A stretch of DNA of 44,226 bases, from assembly GCA_020536535.1 (NCBI GenBank), contig JAHLWZ010000482.1:1-44226 (forward strand), read 5' to 3'. Positions 21,940 to 35,067 of this stretch are shown one piece after another. A program made the position numbers and the translations under genes. Below the pieces are notes generated by a model. That model had not been told where the DNA came from. It made no database searches and was given only the letters and a program-made list of their open reading frames with translations. The stretch's first letter is position 1, and every line of letters begins with the position of its first letter. This stretch comes from Pelomyxa schiedti (taxonomy: Eukaryota; Protista; Evosea).

Positions 21940-23300
21940 CCAAATTGCGTGCGATTACGGTGGCGGTGGTAACGCAGTGCAACAATCCACGCAGCAACCT
22001 TCGTAGGCTTGTAACTTTGTGCATTAACGCCAAAAAAAGATCTGTTTGTTTCAACTTGGTTGCCTGTGCTGTTGATTGATTGTTCCGACGAGACGAAATT
22101 TCGAACGTTAATGTATTCATATGGTCTGACGGGGACAAGAGCAACGCAACACGTATTTCGTCATTTTTTTTGCTTTAAGAGCCGATCAGTCGTTAAAATT
22201 TGAAACCTCGCATCCCCTAAAATGAAATGGGAGGAGGCAATCACGGACACCTTCCGTGTCACATGGAATTAGTATGAACCATTCTGAACGAGCAACAGTG
22301 ATAGCAAACGGTTGTTTTGGCCCTTGCTCAAGTGGAAGTTTTAACTGAGTAAATGTATCTTTGGTGCACTCTTGACAAGCCATAAAAAAAGGGGGAGCCT
22401 GTAGTGTAAAAGGTGTCTTTGATCCACTGACATCCTTCTTCAACATTACAAAACCAGAAAAGCAACTCCGGAACCAGGTATCTCTGCCTAAACAACTCGG
22501 TACAACGCTTCATGACTTCCAGGCTTGGGCTAAAAATGAAGCACCCAGGGGAAACCAAATTGGTAGTCATCATCATTTCTATGCACACACACAGAACATC
22601 GGTGGAATCGATCATCCAATTCACCACATCAATGTGGCACTGAAGGGCTGGGGAAGTTCCCATCGCTCAGAACCAGCACGATCGCGAAACGTTGACTCTG
22701 ACATCAGCCACTGAACAACCCTGAGGTTTCCACCTTGGCACACGTCAGACAACAGACTTCCTCTCAGTGTTGAACGTTGTGACATCTCCCTGAGGTCATC
22801 AATCATGCCCCGTTCATCTTCTACTGACGGCCACCTCAACAACGGGCAGTCACTCCATGATGCGTATCTGCTGTCCTTGTGCCATTTCAAGGTGTCCCCC
22901 TTTTGAAAATAGAATTGGATTAAGGAGTGAGAATACAACAATTAAGAAGCGGTATTTAGCATGCCACACACACACATATATATACAGACAGACATGGCAA
23001 ACAAAGGGTGATAGGGATACACACCGGCACACAATCCCCTGAGCACCGCGATGCACTCCTTCATGTTGTTCCTCGTCCTGCCACTGCCTGCCTGCCCCGC
23101 TGCTCTCAGCACGAAATACCGTGATGTGCTCAGCGGTGTGCAGTGCGCTCGGTCGAACCAACCGCGCTGCTAACATCAATGCCCTGCACATGCGCGTAAC
23201 AAGCGGGAACAGCGCGTCGGCGACACCGAGCAACCAACTGTACTGGGATGGCGTGAGGCCAACGCCGCGATAACGAGATGGATCCAGCACCACGACTTGG
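21940..23300 (-). pseudogene. Ankyrin-repeat-like multigene-family pseudogene, copy 2
   Basis: DVCQGGNLRVVQWL then a frameshift to HIDVVNWM. The 5' part (GVGLTPSQYSWLLGVADAL) is related to 5340-5500. Confidence 0.5.
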
Positions 23301-23382
23301 TCCCATGGTCTCTAGTCCCATCATCAGAATAGTTGTTGATATCTCTTTGAGTCCGGGTGCATATTTTACCGTTAAAAAAGAC

Positions 23383-23838
23383 CAGCAACCCTCCCACGCA
23401 CCCAAAACCAGGATAGACTTTTTTTTAGCAAACTTTGGCTGCTTCTTTAACTTAAGTTAAAAGGGTTTTCCTGAGACTTTGGGGAAAATTGTCTGAAGTG
23501 TTTTGTTTTTGCTCGAGCCTTTAATGCTGCGAAAATGCTGATGGCTGTCGTGATATCAAAATCAAATCCACATGTGGCGATCGTCACAGCCAGCGACAAT
23601 GTTACAATTCATGGTCAACGCAACTTTCACACATTGGCACAGTCATCCCTTGAAACGCGTCGGCAGGCAATTCCGGTTTGATCCTTTGAACTTGTTGTTG
23701 CAAGAAGGTGCTGGCTGCAAAGAGCTGGAGGAGGAGCGGTGTGATTTGTCCCACAGTTATGCCCTTTCTCTGTGGAAGTTATACCACAACGAAGGAAAAG
23801 ACGCTGCTGCCGAAAAATTACACAGGTCCTTCTCACAG
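23383..23838 (+). repeat. Near-identical copy of the 5' part of the Tc1/IS630-like element (42071-42617), truncated by the assembly gap
   Basis: Matches 42071-42617 except for the MITE insertion and a few substitutions or indels. Confidence 0.9.
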
Positions 23839-23938
23839 NNNNNNNNNNNNNNNNNNNNNNNNNNNNNNNNNNNNNNNNNNNNNNNNNNNNNNNNNNNNNN
23901 NNNNNNNNNNNNNNNNNNNNNNNNNNNNNNNNNNNNNN
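23839..23938. other. Scaffold gap (100 N)
   Basis: Run of exactly 100 N. ORFs spanning it are artefacts. Confidence 1.
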
Positions 23939-24332
23939 CTCACTTGGAAGTCCCTGAAACCCCAAAAAGCGTTTCTTTTCTGAAGTTCTCTGGAATCACT
24001 GACTACCACTGTTTCCTGTCCAGTCCAGGCAGCTCCCAGATAATCTTGAAAACAACTTCGGCCGAGTCATGCCAGGGACACATTATAACCAAGGTGGTTG
24101 GCACCAGAAGCAACACTCATCAGATCAAGCTCAGCCACTCCAAAAGGACGGCAGAGCAAAGCATATGGAGCAGGAGGAGCAAGGAACCGAATATAGTCCC
24201 AGACTTCAGAAACAAGCAAGAAGACAACACCAGCGTATGGTTGCTTCTTACACTGCTGACTCTCAGCCTGAACAGCATGGTCAAGAAGACCACAGTCGGA
24301 ACCTCCACCACAACCACCATAGACACAGCCGT

Positions 24333-24384
<52 letters not shown>

Positions 24385-25042
24385 CACAACAACAACACCA
24401 GCAGCGGACCCAGCAACCCCAACCCCAACAACAACAGCCACGAGCACAAACATAGGCCCTCAACATGTTGCCAGTTCCAAGGACAGCAGCACGGCCCACT
24501 GTCATCACCACACCCCCACCACCACCTTGCACTTACACACATGTGGTACAGCAGCAGGGAGCTGCTGCTGATGCACCCCAGGTTCAATCACAGTTGCTGC
24601 AACAACTTTATCAAGGGAAGTGCCAGAACCGCCAGCAACAGCAGTATCATAAGCCGACGCAATCTCTCCCAAACAGCTATCCGACACCACCAAGGGGAAC
24701 CTCTTCACCACCTCATCACCCTGTTGTGCACACACAAGTGCAACAACTAAGACCACGCCAGGAACAACCACCACCACCATCACCTCAACAAGTATCTCTT
24801 GGGTTCCGCAATACACACACCACACAGCCAGCTGTTCCCCTGATGCAACAACGGGGTCAATCCCACCGGGTTGTATCACCACCACAACCGTCGCCGTTGC
24901 ATCAGTCAGCACCGCCACCAAGGCACACAGCTCCACACCTACAGCAGCAACATGCAGGATCACAACAATACCGGCAATCACAGCAATCACAGTATGTGCA
25001 TGCTATCCCGCCATCATCAGCACATCCCGCCACTGTTCCTGC

Positions 25043-25078
<36 letters not shown>

Positions 25079-25125
25079 GCAACGGTTGTGATGATGGTGA
25101 TGAGGGAGTACGTGGCACACGTTGC

Positions 25126-25170
<45 letters not shown>

Positions 25171-26262
25171 GCAGGAACAGTGGCGGGATGTGCTGATGAT
25201 GGCGGGATAGCATGCACATACTGTGATTGCTGTGATTGCCGGTATTGTTGTGATCCTGCATGTTGCTGCTGCTGTAGGTGTGGAGCTGTGTGCCTTGGTG
25301 GCGGTGCTGACTGATGCAACGGCGACGGTTGTGGTGGTGATACAACCCGGTGGGATTGACCCCGTTGTTGCATCAGGGGAACAGCTGGCTGTGTGGTGTG
25401 TGTATTGCGGAACCCAAGAGATACTTGTTGAGGTGATGGTGGTGGTGGTTGTTCCTGGCGTGGTCTTAGTTGTTGCACTTGTGTGTGCACAACAGGGTGA
25501 TGAGGTGGTGAAGAGGTTCCCCTTGGTGGTGTCGGATAGCTGTTTGGGAGAGATTGCGTCGGCTTATGATACTGCTGTTGTTGGCGGTTCTGGCACATCC
25601 CTTGATAAAGTTGTTGCAGCAACTGTGATTGAACCTGGGGTGCATCAGCAGCTCCCTGCTGCTGTACCACATGTGTGTAAGTGCAAGGTGGTGGTGGGGG
25701 TGTGGTGATGACAATGGGCCGTGCTGCTGTCCTTGGAACTGGCAAAGTGTTGAGGGCCTGTGTTTGTGCTCGTGGCTGTTGTTGTTGGGGTTGGGGTTGC
25801 TGGGTCCGCTGCTGGTGTTGTTGTTGTGGTTGCTGTTGCTGTTGCTGTTGCTGCGGCCGCTGTTGCTGCTGACGGCTGTGTCTATGGTGGTTGTGGTGGA
25901 GGTTCCGACTGTGGTCTTCTTGACCATGCTGTTCCGGCTGAGAGTCAGCAGTGTAAGAAGCAACCATACGCTGGTGTTGTCTTCTTGCTTGTTTCTGAAG
26001 TCTGGGACTATATTCGGTTCCTTGCTCCTCCTGCTCCATGCTTTGCTCTGCCGTCCTTTTGGAGTAGCTGAGCTTGATCTGATGAGTGTTGCTTCTGGTG
26101 CCAACCACCTTGGTTATAATGTGTCCTGGGCATGACTCAGCTGAAGTTGTTTTCAAGATTATCTGGGAGCTGCCTGGACTGGACAGGAAACAGTGGTAGT
26201 CAGTGATTCCAGAGAACTTCAGAAAAGAAACGCTTTTTGGGGTTTCAGGGACTTCCAAGTGA
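23939..26262. repeat. Long inverted repeat (fold-back): arms 23939-25084 and 25120-26262, 35-bp spacer; contains CAA/CAG and CAGCAA microsatellites
   Basis: Arm starts ctcacttggaagtccctg and the other ends cagggacttccaagtgag. Mirror-image polyQ ORFs. Arms differ by scattered substitutions and repeat-length changes. Confidence 0.93.
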
Positions 26263-26315
26263 GCAGGGTACCTTGAGATATGAAGAAGAAGAAGAAGAGT
26301 AAGTAAAAATCGGGC

Positions 26316-27020
26316 TTATTTTTCTTTGAGGGGGTGAATTGAACAAACAACATACTTCAAGATAAAGACATTTTTCATCAAGTTATCCTTCTCAAAGGCA
26401 GACTGGATTTCCGGAATGAACTGCCCCATTGTGTCGATTCTAGTTTTCTTTGTAAAATCGGGACAGCCCAAGGTGCCATCAACTTTGGACTTTGCATGCT
26501 TTGCTGCCCACAAATGCCAGGAAAGGCGGCAGTTCAACTTCTGAGGGAGATGGCAAAGGAATAGGTGTGCCACCTCAAAGTTGTGGAAGTGTGGGCCTTT
26601 GTCTATGAAGAGATTGATGTCAGAGATCATCCCCTGAAACTCGTCAAGGTGGTCTGTGGTGAACTCTTCAAGTGCACCAATAACAAAAGTGGCATCGTTG
26701 CTCAATACGTAGGACACAATATCCCAGCATTTCCTTTCTGTCTTGTGTGTTGTGGGATTTCCTGATTGTTTGGATACAAGGATTGCTGGAAGTAGAAATC
26801 CCTGTTCAGCTCCTTTGGAGCTCTTCTCAGCTGTTGCATCTTTTCCTTGAAGTCCATGGTGATAATCATTTCATGGGCTTGGAGAATTTGAATTCCTGGG
26901 TATTAATTAGTGCGAGAGAACTGAGTGAAGAAGCAATACTTGGAAGTTGCCCACCACTGCAGTGGGTTGTCCCCTTGTTGTAGAGGAGGAAGGTTTAGAT
27001 AAGAGGACACTTCATCAGAC
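26316..27020 (-). pseudogene. DDD transposase relic, Sola2-like; may splice onto the polyQ-rich sequence at 25120-26262
   Basis: Minus-strand motifs IITMDFKEK, FIDKGPHFHN and WHLWAAKHAKSKVDG resemble the DF.EN / SDG..QYKN / HGKGPCDG triad. Superfamily assignment is from memory. Confidence 0.5.
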
Positions 27021-27084
27021 TGGAAATAAAATCTTTGAGCCCTCAACATAGTTTAAAAACCATGCTAAAAAGGAAGGGAAAGTA

Positions 27085-28697
27085 CTACATTTCAATATAT
27101 AACCGTTGGACTGCAAGAGTCTGTTCAAGTAGGGTCATTATACTTTGTTTATAGCGTGGGTCCAAGAAGGTAGCCAAGTAGAGATCACCAGCAATGGGAA
27201 AATATACATTTCTCCATCGGAACCCAAGTCTTGAAGCAAAAGCTGTAGCCATGAATGTGGAGAGAGCTCTCAGTGGCAGTTTGCAGTAGCTGTAAAGCTT
27301 TACTAATAAGAAAGTAGAGCTGAATTTGAACCTTTGAGAGACTTGCTTCAAGTCCCCGAAATGTGGGAGAATCACACTGCAGAATGCACTTGAACTCTCC
27401 ACAAAGGGAACTAGGCAAAACAACAGACTGTTTAGCTTCTGCACAACCTCGGGGCTGACTATCAGCTCAAACCTTTCTAGGTCATTACGCAGCAATTCAT
27501 TTACATCCTCAACAATGTCAACCAATCTTGCTGGTGTTAGAAAATAAAATGGCAATTACAACACACCGTTTGAGCATCTTGTATGTGGAATTCCACCTTG
27601 TGTCATTGTCATTAATGAGTTTGAGTTGTGGTTTGTTCTTTCTCAATTGGTGTTTTATCAGTAAACGTGTTGCTTTGGAGCTCCGTGAAAAATAAGAAAT
27701 CAATGGTTTAATCATTGAAAGGAGTGACTGCACATCAGGTTCCTAAGATAATAAGGAAAAGTCTCAGGACATATAGAAACACACAGAAAGAAGATTCCGT
27801 ATAGTCAGTTGCAACACATGGCAGCCACATGAAAGGTAGCCTAATCCCGGAGCTTTTGCAGTGGCAATCATGTTTGCTCCTTCGTCAGAAGCAAACTTCC
27901 ACACCTGCAATAGTTAGCATGAAGCTCCAGAAACAGTGTCAAACTACTTTGATAGAGGGCCACTCTGCGTTCATAACACAGTTGATATCTGTTGTAAAAT
28001 CAATATGTGAGAGGGTCCGCACTGGCCTCACAGCAACTAGGATCTCCAGTGGTTGCCAGTCGTGGGTAACGAGGAAAAATATCACTCCCAAGTAGCTCTC
28101 ATTGGCGCTAATTGTGTTAAAAAGGAAGGAAATACAAAGGAAACGTGCAAGCAGGGTTCAAGTGCTCCAAAAGTGTGCGAAATGGGGTGAATTGACCACA
28201 GAGAATGACAGTGAACACTGGCAAATCAAATTGGCTAAATTTTCGTTAAGCCTCTGCTGTGTACAATTTGTAAGAGGTTGTTGTGATGGCGTGAGGGCAG
28301 CAGTGTCATCCTGTGATGCCACAGTGGTAAGGGAAACAAGGGGATTATAATGTATAATAATACTTACACATTTAAAATGTAGTCGAAGATGGTTCATCAA
28401 CGACGTGGTCTGCTGATCACCACAGGCCAAAGGTTGAGAACAAATCTTGCACACAGCAGATTTCCCATTCAACTCGAAGTATACCCACACAGGACTGGTG
28501 CGTTTTCGTCCTTTTTTCGTTTCGTGCCACACCGAAAAGGCCTCAACACCCCCGAAATTTCTTTATTGATTTAAGGGAAATTATGGTTGGTGACCAACTA
28601 CAAAAAACCAGCTAACAGATAGCCAAGTACTTGTTGGGACTGGGCAACGAAATTTCAAACGGTACTTGCCAAGTACTTACTTGAAATAACAACCCTG
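27085..28697 (-). mobile_element. hAT DNA transposon, truncated, with intron-containing transposase and one terminus (CAGGGTTGTT.. at 28697)
   Basis: BED finger SPVWVYF..CKIC..TTSLMNHLRLH. hAT hallmarks DTRWNSTYKML and ATFLDPRYK. CAGGG terminus with subterminal ccaagtactt repeats. C-terminal dimerisation domain not seen. Confidence 0.85.
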
Positions 28698-28808
28698 ACA
28701 ACAGAATTAAATTTGTTATCGGCAAACGCGACGGTCTGGTTTATTTTATTGTCCCAAGTATCGTTAGTCTTGAGTTATTTAGCATTATTCTACTCAAAAG
28801 AAAAAAAC

Positions 28809-31663
28809 ATGGATGAATTGCAGACGCAGCTCCCCGATCCTCTGCTTATCGTCCTTGTGGAGAGTGGCAATTCTCTCTCTCAGGAGAGTTACAGCGGCAT
28901 TGTAACACACACTCTTCCGCTTGTCGTTCATAAGACACGGGGGATGCTGCGCAGCATCATCGAGTTCGCCACTACGGTGAAGGTTGTTTGTCCATTTACC
29001 GCAAACGATGCCGTATTGACGTGTGCAATCAAAGGGACCGATGAAATGGTCCCCAACCCAAAATTTCCAAAGGACCCTACAAAGGCTGTGAAGAAGCACC
29101 CAGGTATGACGCAAATGCATGGAGGAGCAAACCTTGCCGATGCCCTCACATCGGCAACATTCGCCGCCCTCGGTGCCATGTCAGAGACCTCCAAGCTTGT
29201 GGTTCTGCTGATTGTCAGTGGCCAGTTTACTTCCCCATTCAGCAAACCCTACCAGGATCTCATGGCTTTGACCCCCCCTCCAATAGTGATGGCTGTTGCT
29301 GTTGGAAGCCATGTGACTGAGGAAGAGTTCAATGGTCTTTTTCCAGGAGCCAGAATATTCTTCTCTGGAAATAACCAGAAACTCTACACTCTACTGAGTG
29401 AGCTGCAGCGAGTGGAGCAACCACCACCAATTGACATTTCCTGTTCACAAGTTGGGACAACATTCCAGACGACTGCTGACCCTGTAATCCTTCATGTAAG
29501 CATTAGACCTACATCAATTACAGGCACCGTTCCCGCAGTAAGCATAACCGTTACTTCCAACCTTGTTATTGATTTTCCCTGTGATAGGGAACCATTCTGC
29601 ACTTCTTGCCAGGGTTCTACCTGGACGAGGTTGTCAAGACCACCGCGGACGTGGACAGAGATCACCCGTTCGAGACTACGGTGACACTGCAGCCCGGGCA
29701 GAGGGCTCTAATTTACAAGGGGCTTGTGCCAGACAAGGTGCTCTACGAGTGCTTCATGGAGGGGACCAAGTACACCGGCTTTGTGACACTTCTTCTAGGT
29801 GCGTGATAGTGCCGTGCACAGGTGCAGTTGGTTGTTTATGTCTTCAGTTTTTATGTTGCTTTTTCTTACTGGCCTGTTTGCTTTCCTGCTTTCTCCCTTT
29901 TTTTTTGCTTGGTTTCAGTCTCCAATTGAACATACCTTTTTTTTTTGTCCAGCATGGTTTGGAGCTGAGTGGCTACCAGAAAGGACCAGGTTGCCAAACC
30001 CAACCATGACAAGGATCAATATTCTTGTATGCAGTGACTGTCTTTTTTTTTGCTTCACTTGGCTCCTCTTCAGTGGAGCCCAACAAATGAGAAAAAAACA
30101 ACAGAAATAACAAATCACAAAAAATTAGGTGTGGGGATGGTATGGATCTGGAAAGAGCGCGTTTTACAATGGAGTTGCAACGTCATTCAGCTCTGAGCAG
30201 AAAGTCCTATCGCCGCTGCTGGCGTTCAACATGCCAGAGCATGTCACTGGTGACTACACGGATCACCCACTCGCGGACCTCCTCAGCGGGAACTCAGTGA
30301 CAGATAAATTAATGAGAAAGCTTAACCTGCACTTCTGGGACCCGTGGGGAATCTCAGAGAATAACTACAAGAAGGTGTCCGTCATGGACTTTTTGAATGG
30401 GAGAATTGAGTCAGGAACCAGCATGGAAGACTCGTTCAACATCGTTGTTAACCCTGACAAGGCCAGTATCATCCATTCTGTCATCCTCCTGGTGCCGATC
30501 GGCACTGGCGCCAACCCACAGGCCCTGGAGATTCTCGGAACACACGTGAAGGCCATCATCAGAGCTGGGAGGAAGCCGATCGTCGTGTGCAACTTCGTGA
30601 ACAGGGTGAGCGATGAGCTTGAGGTGGAAGAGAACTACAAGAAAATACGCAGTGCCACCTTTTTGCCTGAGAAGTGTGTGATCAAGTTTGACAACTACGT
30701 TGAGGAAACGCATCGCAACATGGAGAAGGACCTTCAGTATTGGGGAATCCTGAGGCTTGCGTTCACGTACCCCCCAACTTTTGGTTAAACTTTTGAATGC
30801 ATACCGCAAATAAACTTCAAACACACAAATATGGCATATAGTTGTGGTTATATCATCAATAAAAACCAAGCGAAACGAAATAGAAAATACAAGAAAAAAG
30901 AAACACATAACCATTAAGCAAAACAAAAAAAAAAAAAAAAGTCAAGTAACCACCCTCAGGAATGCAATTACATATTTGTTGTCCCATCCTCGGGACTGTT
31001 ACCTTGAAGGGACTCCGCCAAGCGGCTCCCATCCCCCAGTCATCTGCCCTTCCACCCCCCCACCCCTGGCAGAGCCTACAGCTCTGGAGACACTCAGTCA
31101 AGTTGATGTCATTGATGCCAACAATCCTTCTCTCGTTTCCAATCTGTGGGAAATTGATAGGTATTCATTAAAATGCTTTAGTAGCTACTTATTCTAACTG
31201 AAAACACAGCAACACAAAACTCACTGCCGTGCGCAAAGAGGTTGAAGCAACTGGAGAGTTCACCAGCATTTCACCTTGGATCTTTATTGACGATGCTGGG
31301 AAACAAGTGTCCGTTGCCAAGGAATCAGACCTCACACTGAAGCAAATACTGCGGACTGGTCACATACCATCCATCAGGATACAAAAGTACACGAAAGTGG
31401 TGACGACAGAGCCAACACTTGGAATATACCTGACCACCCCAAAGTCAACACAGGTGCCAGACTACCTCTATGACCTGCTTGTGCCAGAAAACTTCTTGGA
31501 GAAGTCTGTGGCGTGGCTAGACGAGCAGCTCGCGGATTACGACATTCTCGCGAAGAGCAAGGCTGCCAGGGTCGCCCCCTCAGCAAGGGGGAGAGTGCCT
31601 CTCAAGAACGTAATCGACACTCTTGACGGGAAACAAGTTGTTTATGTCACTGAGAGGCCCTGA
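28809..31663 (+). CDS. vWA domain + IFI44-like P-loop NTPase/GTPase + C-terminal probable beta-grasp domains, paralog 1; multi-exon
   Basis: vWA-like N-terminus (LLIVLVESGNS, GGANLADAL, LLIVSG, MAVAVG). Spliced RINIL|VWGWYGSGKSAFYN (Walker A), FWDPWG (DxxG), FLNGRI and IHSVILLV, as in the IFI44 family. GT-AG introns. Confidence 0.75.
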
Positions 31664-31779
31664 ACAGGGTTGTTGAAAAAAGTTTTAAAGGAACGGCTCA
31701 CGGACTCACTGCAGAAATCACTAGCAACTCTGCTTCCTCGCTGTTGGCAAACTTGCCCCAAAGTCGCTTAAACACTGTT

Positions 31780-32000
31780 TACCCCTGTTGTTACTACCCT
31801 GCTGCTTTTTCGTGTGCTGTTGTTGTGCAGTGGCGGGATATGATGATGGAGAGACAGCATGCACATACCGTGATTGCTGTTTGCTGTGTGCCTTGGCGGT
31901 GCAGAGTGATGTAACGACGACGGCTGTGGTGATAAAACCCAGTGAGACCATGTTGCTGCTGACGGCTGTGTCTATGGTTCCGACTGTGGTCTTTCTTTTT
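31780..32000 (-). repeat. Deleted, degenerate copy of the Q-rich sequence of the 23939-26262 palindrome
   Basis: KTTVG..IDTAVSSN and YVHAVSPSSYPAT match the palindrome ORFs. Confidence 0.7.
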
Positions 32001-32486
32001 TCCGCATTCAACCTATTGTACTGGGCCCTGCCTCCATTTCAAATGAATTTCAGTGACACTGGTATGTCGCTTCTTTTCCTTTTTTCCAGTCTCACAGAGC
32101 GTAATTAAGTAGTTGACTTTGCTGGCAGAGATGACAGCGTGTTACCAAGGAGCATTCCCTCCTTCTCCATGCCGGTAAAAAAAGTTCCTATCACTTCCAT
32201 AAAGAGGGCAGAATCACATGGCGGTAGAATCGTGCAACTGACTCGCCGGGCCATTTGGAAGGCCTGAGCCCGGGTTCCTTGAACCATCACTCGGACAAAT
32301 TGTCGTACACTGCGCACGGTACCAAGGTAGGTTAGTTGAGACTGGGTGGAGCCCTCTATTGCATATCTCCCCTTTGTTTTTTCCCGAATTTGGGGACGTC
32401 GCCACCTTGTTGTTTTTTTTTACCCGTTCGTCAAGCCTTGGCACTGCATGATGGTCTCCTTCAACACTTAAACTAGGACCATAAGG

Positions 32487-35067
32487 ATGACAAGCACTGA
32501 CTTGGTGAACGAACTGCAGGCGCAACTTACATCAGACACCCTTCTTATCATACTCGTGGATAGCTCCGAATCTGTTGCTGCGAGTTACCCAACGATTGTC
32601 ACGGGGATCCTGCCCCTCATTCTGGAAAAGACACCAGGAATGATACGAAGCATCATCGAATTCGGCACTGCCGTGAAGACGGTGTGCGCCTTCACCAAAA
32701 ACAGCACAGTGCTGATGAACGCGGTAAAAGGAACAAACGTCATGATCCCCCACCCTAAGTTCCCGCACGACCGCTCCAAGGACGTGAAGAGAAACCCAGG
32801 TATGACACACATGGGTGGAGGCAGCAACCTTGCCGAAGGTCTGACGACGTGCATGTGGGCGCTGTTAGGGTCAGACATGCCGAAGACAGCAATAATACTC
32901 ATTACCAATGGAGAGCCCTCCTCGGATATCAGTAAAGCGTACCGTTCTCTCATGGACTTGCGCCCCGTGCTCATCGCAGTGGGGGTGGGTCATGGCGTTG
33001 AGGAACATAAATTTGCCAGCTTGCTCCCCGATGCCCACAGGTTCTTGTCCAGGGACTACACTGGTCTTCTGAGCACTCTACAAGCCCTTCGACCCATCAT
33101 GCCTAAGTTCGAGATAACGTGCAGGCAGATTGGCACTACACTGCAAAATACAACAGACCCTGTGGTGCTGGAAGTCGTCATCTCCCCACTTCTGATCAAT
33201 GGGGTGGTTCCTGCAGTAAGCCTTCTGAGATACAAGATTGAAACTAACTGTACAATGAAAAGGGCACTGTCTTGCACTTCTTGCCTGGATTCTACCTGGA
33301 CGAAGTGGTCAAGACAACTGCTGATGCATATAGGGAGCGTCCTTTTGAGACGACAGTAACACTGAAGCCAGGGCGGTGGGCTAGCTACAAAGGGCTTGTG
33401 CCTGAAAAGGTTCGCTATGAGTGCTTCATGGATGGAACAAAGTACACTGGATACGTGCCTCTTCTTCTTGGTCTGGCACCCTGGGTTACTCATTGTCCCC
33501 CTCTTTTTTCTGTTTTTTGATCACTTCCCTGATAATAGCGTGGTTTGGAGCTGAGTGGCTGCCAGAAAGGAGAGGATTTCCAAACCCAACAGAGATATCG
33601 ATCAACATCCTGGTGTGTTGATCTTGTGCATACACCAACCAACCCAAAAAAAAAAAAAGGTGTGGGGATGGTATGGCTCTGGAAAGAGTGCGTTTTGCAA
33701 TGGACTGGCAACCTCCTTTAGCTCCGGGCAAGACGTACTTGCCCCTTTGCAGGCCTTCAGTATGCCTGGGCACGTCACGGGCAATTACACTGAGCACCCA
33801 CTTGCAGAACTTCTGCCAGGAAACTGCCCAACCGACGAAATGATGAGGAGGCTCAACCTGCGCTTCTGGGATCCATGGGGCATATCTGACAGCAACTACA
33901 AAAAGGTGAGCGTTGTGGACTTCCTGAACGGGAAGGTCCGGCCAGGAACGCCAATGGAGGACTCTTTTGACATCATTGTCGAGCCGGACAAGTCGCGCAT
34001 CATCCACTCTGTCATCGTCATTGTCCCGATTGGTACCGCGGCCAACCCCCAGAGCCTTGAAATTCTCGGAACACACGTGAAGGCCATCATCAGGGCCGGC
34101 AGGCAGCCGATCGTCGTGTGCAACTTCATCAACAGTGTAAGTGATGAGAATGAAGTGGAGGAGAAGGCCAAGAAAATACGCACCGCCATGTATTTGCCCG
34201 AGAGGTCTGTGATCAAGTTTGACAACTACGTTGAAGAGAAAACACGCAACATGGAGAAGGACCTTCAGTACTGGCGAATCTTGAGGCTTGCATACATGTA
34301 ATCGGGTTTTTTTTTCCTCCTTTTTGCTTTTCACTTCGTGCATTTGTTTTTAGGAATGCCATTACATATCTCCTGTCACATCCCAGAGAGTGTTACCTTG
34401 AGGGAACACCGACAACCGCGACTGCTACCACCATCCCAGCGTACAGTCCACCTGACCGTTCGGCCCCAACGACGGCTACACTGGCCGTATTGCTCGACCA
34501 GGTCGAGGTTGTGGACGGAAGCAATGCTCGTGTGACCTCCAATCTGTGGGGAATTCCAAAGTTCGAATCCACCTCCCTCCCTTCCTCATTTCCCAACACA
34601 CGACCTTACATTCCTTGAACAGCAACAAGAAACTTTCCGCCGTGCGTAGTGACGTTGACGAAACGGGAGAGTTCAAGGGGATCTCGCCATGGGTCTTTGT
34701 GGATGCTGCTGATGTACCAGTGCCCACCACAAAGGAGGCGGAGCTCACACTGAGGCAAATCCTGCGCTCGGGAGACACACTCTCAATCAGAGTTCAAATG
34801 AGCACCAAACCAAAGGCGGTCTCCTGCAGCCTGGGGGTTTACCAGGCGAAACCCAAGTCCTCATCCACTCCTGAATACCTGTACGACATCGAAGTGCCGG
34901 AAAATTTCCTGGACAGGTCCGTAGAGTGGCTCACCCAACAGCTGGGAGCTGATATTCTTGTGAGGAGCAGGGTTGCAAAGGTGGCCCCTCCAGCAAGGCC
35001 CAAGGTAGCCCTCAGGAGTGTTGTTGACGTCATCGATGGAAAAACTGTTGTTTATGTGGCGGGATAA
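32487..35067 (+). CDS. vWA domain + IFI44-like P-loop NTPase/GTPase + C-terminal probable beta-grasp domains, paralog 2; multi-exon
   Basis: MIDAS DSSES and LITNGEP. VWGWYGSGKSAFCN and FWDPWG. Same apparent exon layout as paralog 1, with high protein similarity. Confidence 0.78.

Noticed and set aside
23572-24750. 392-aa ORF spanning the N run
   Set aside because: Artefactual fusion of a transposon exon and the palindrome arm across a scaffold gap.
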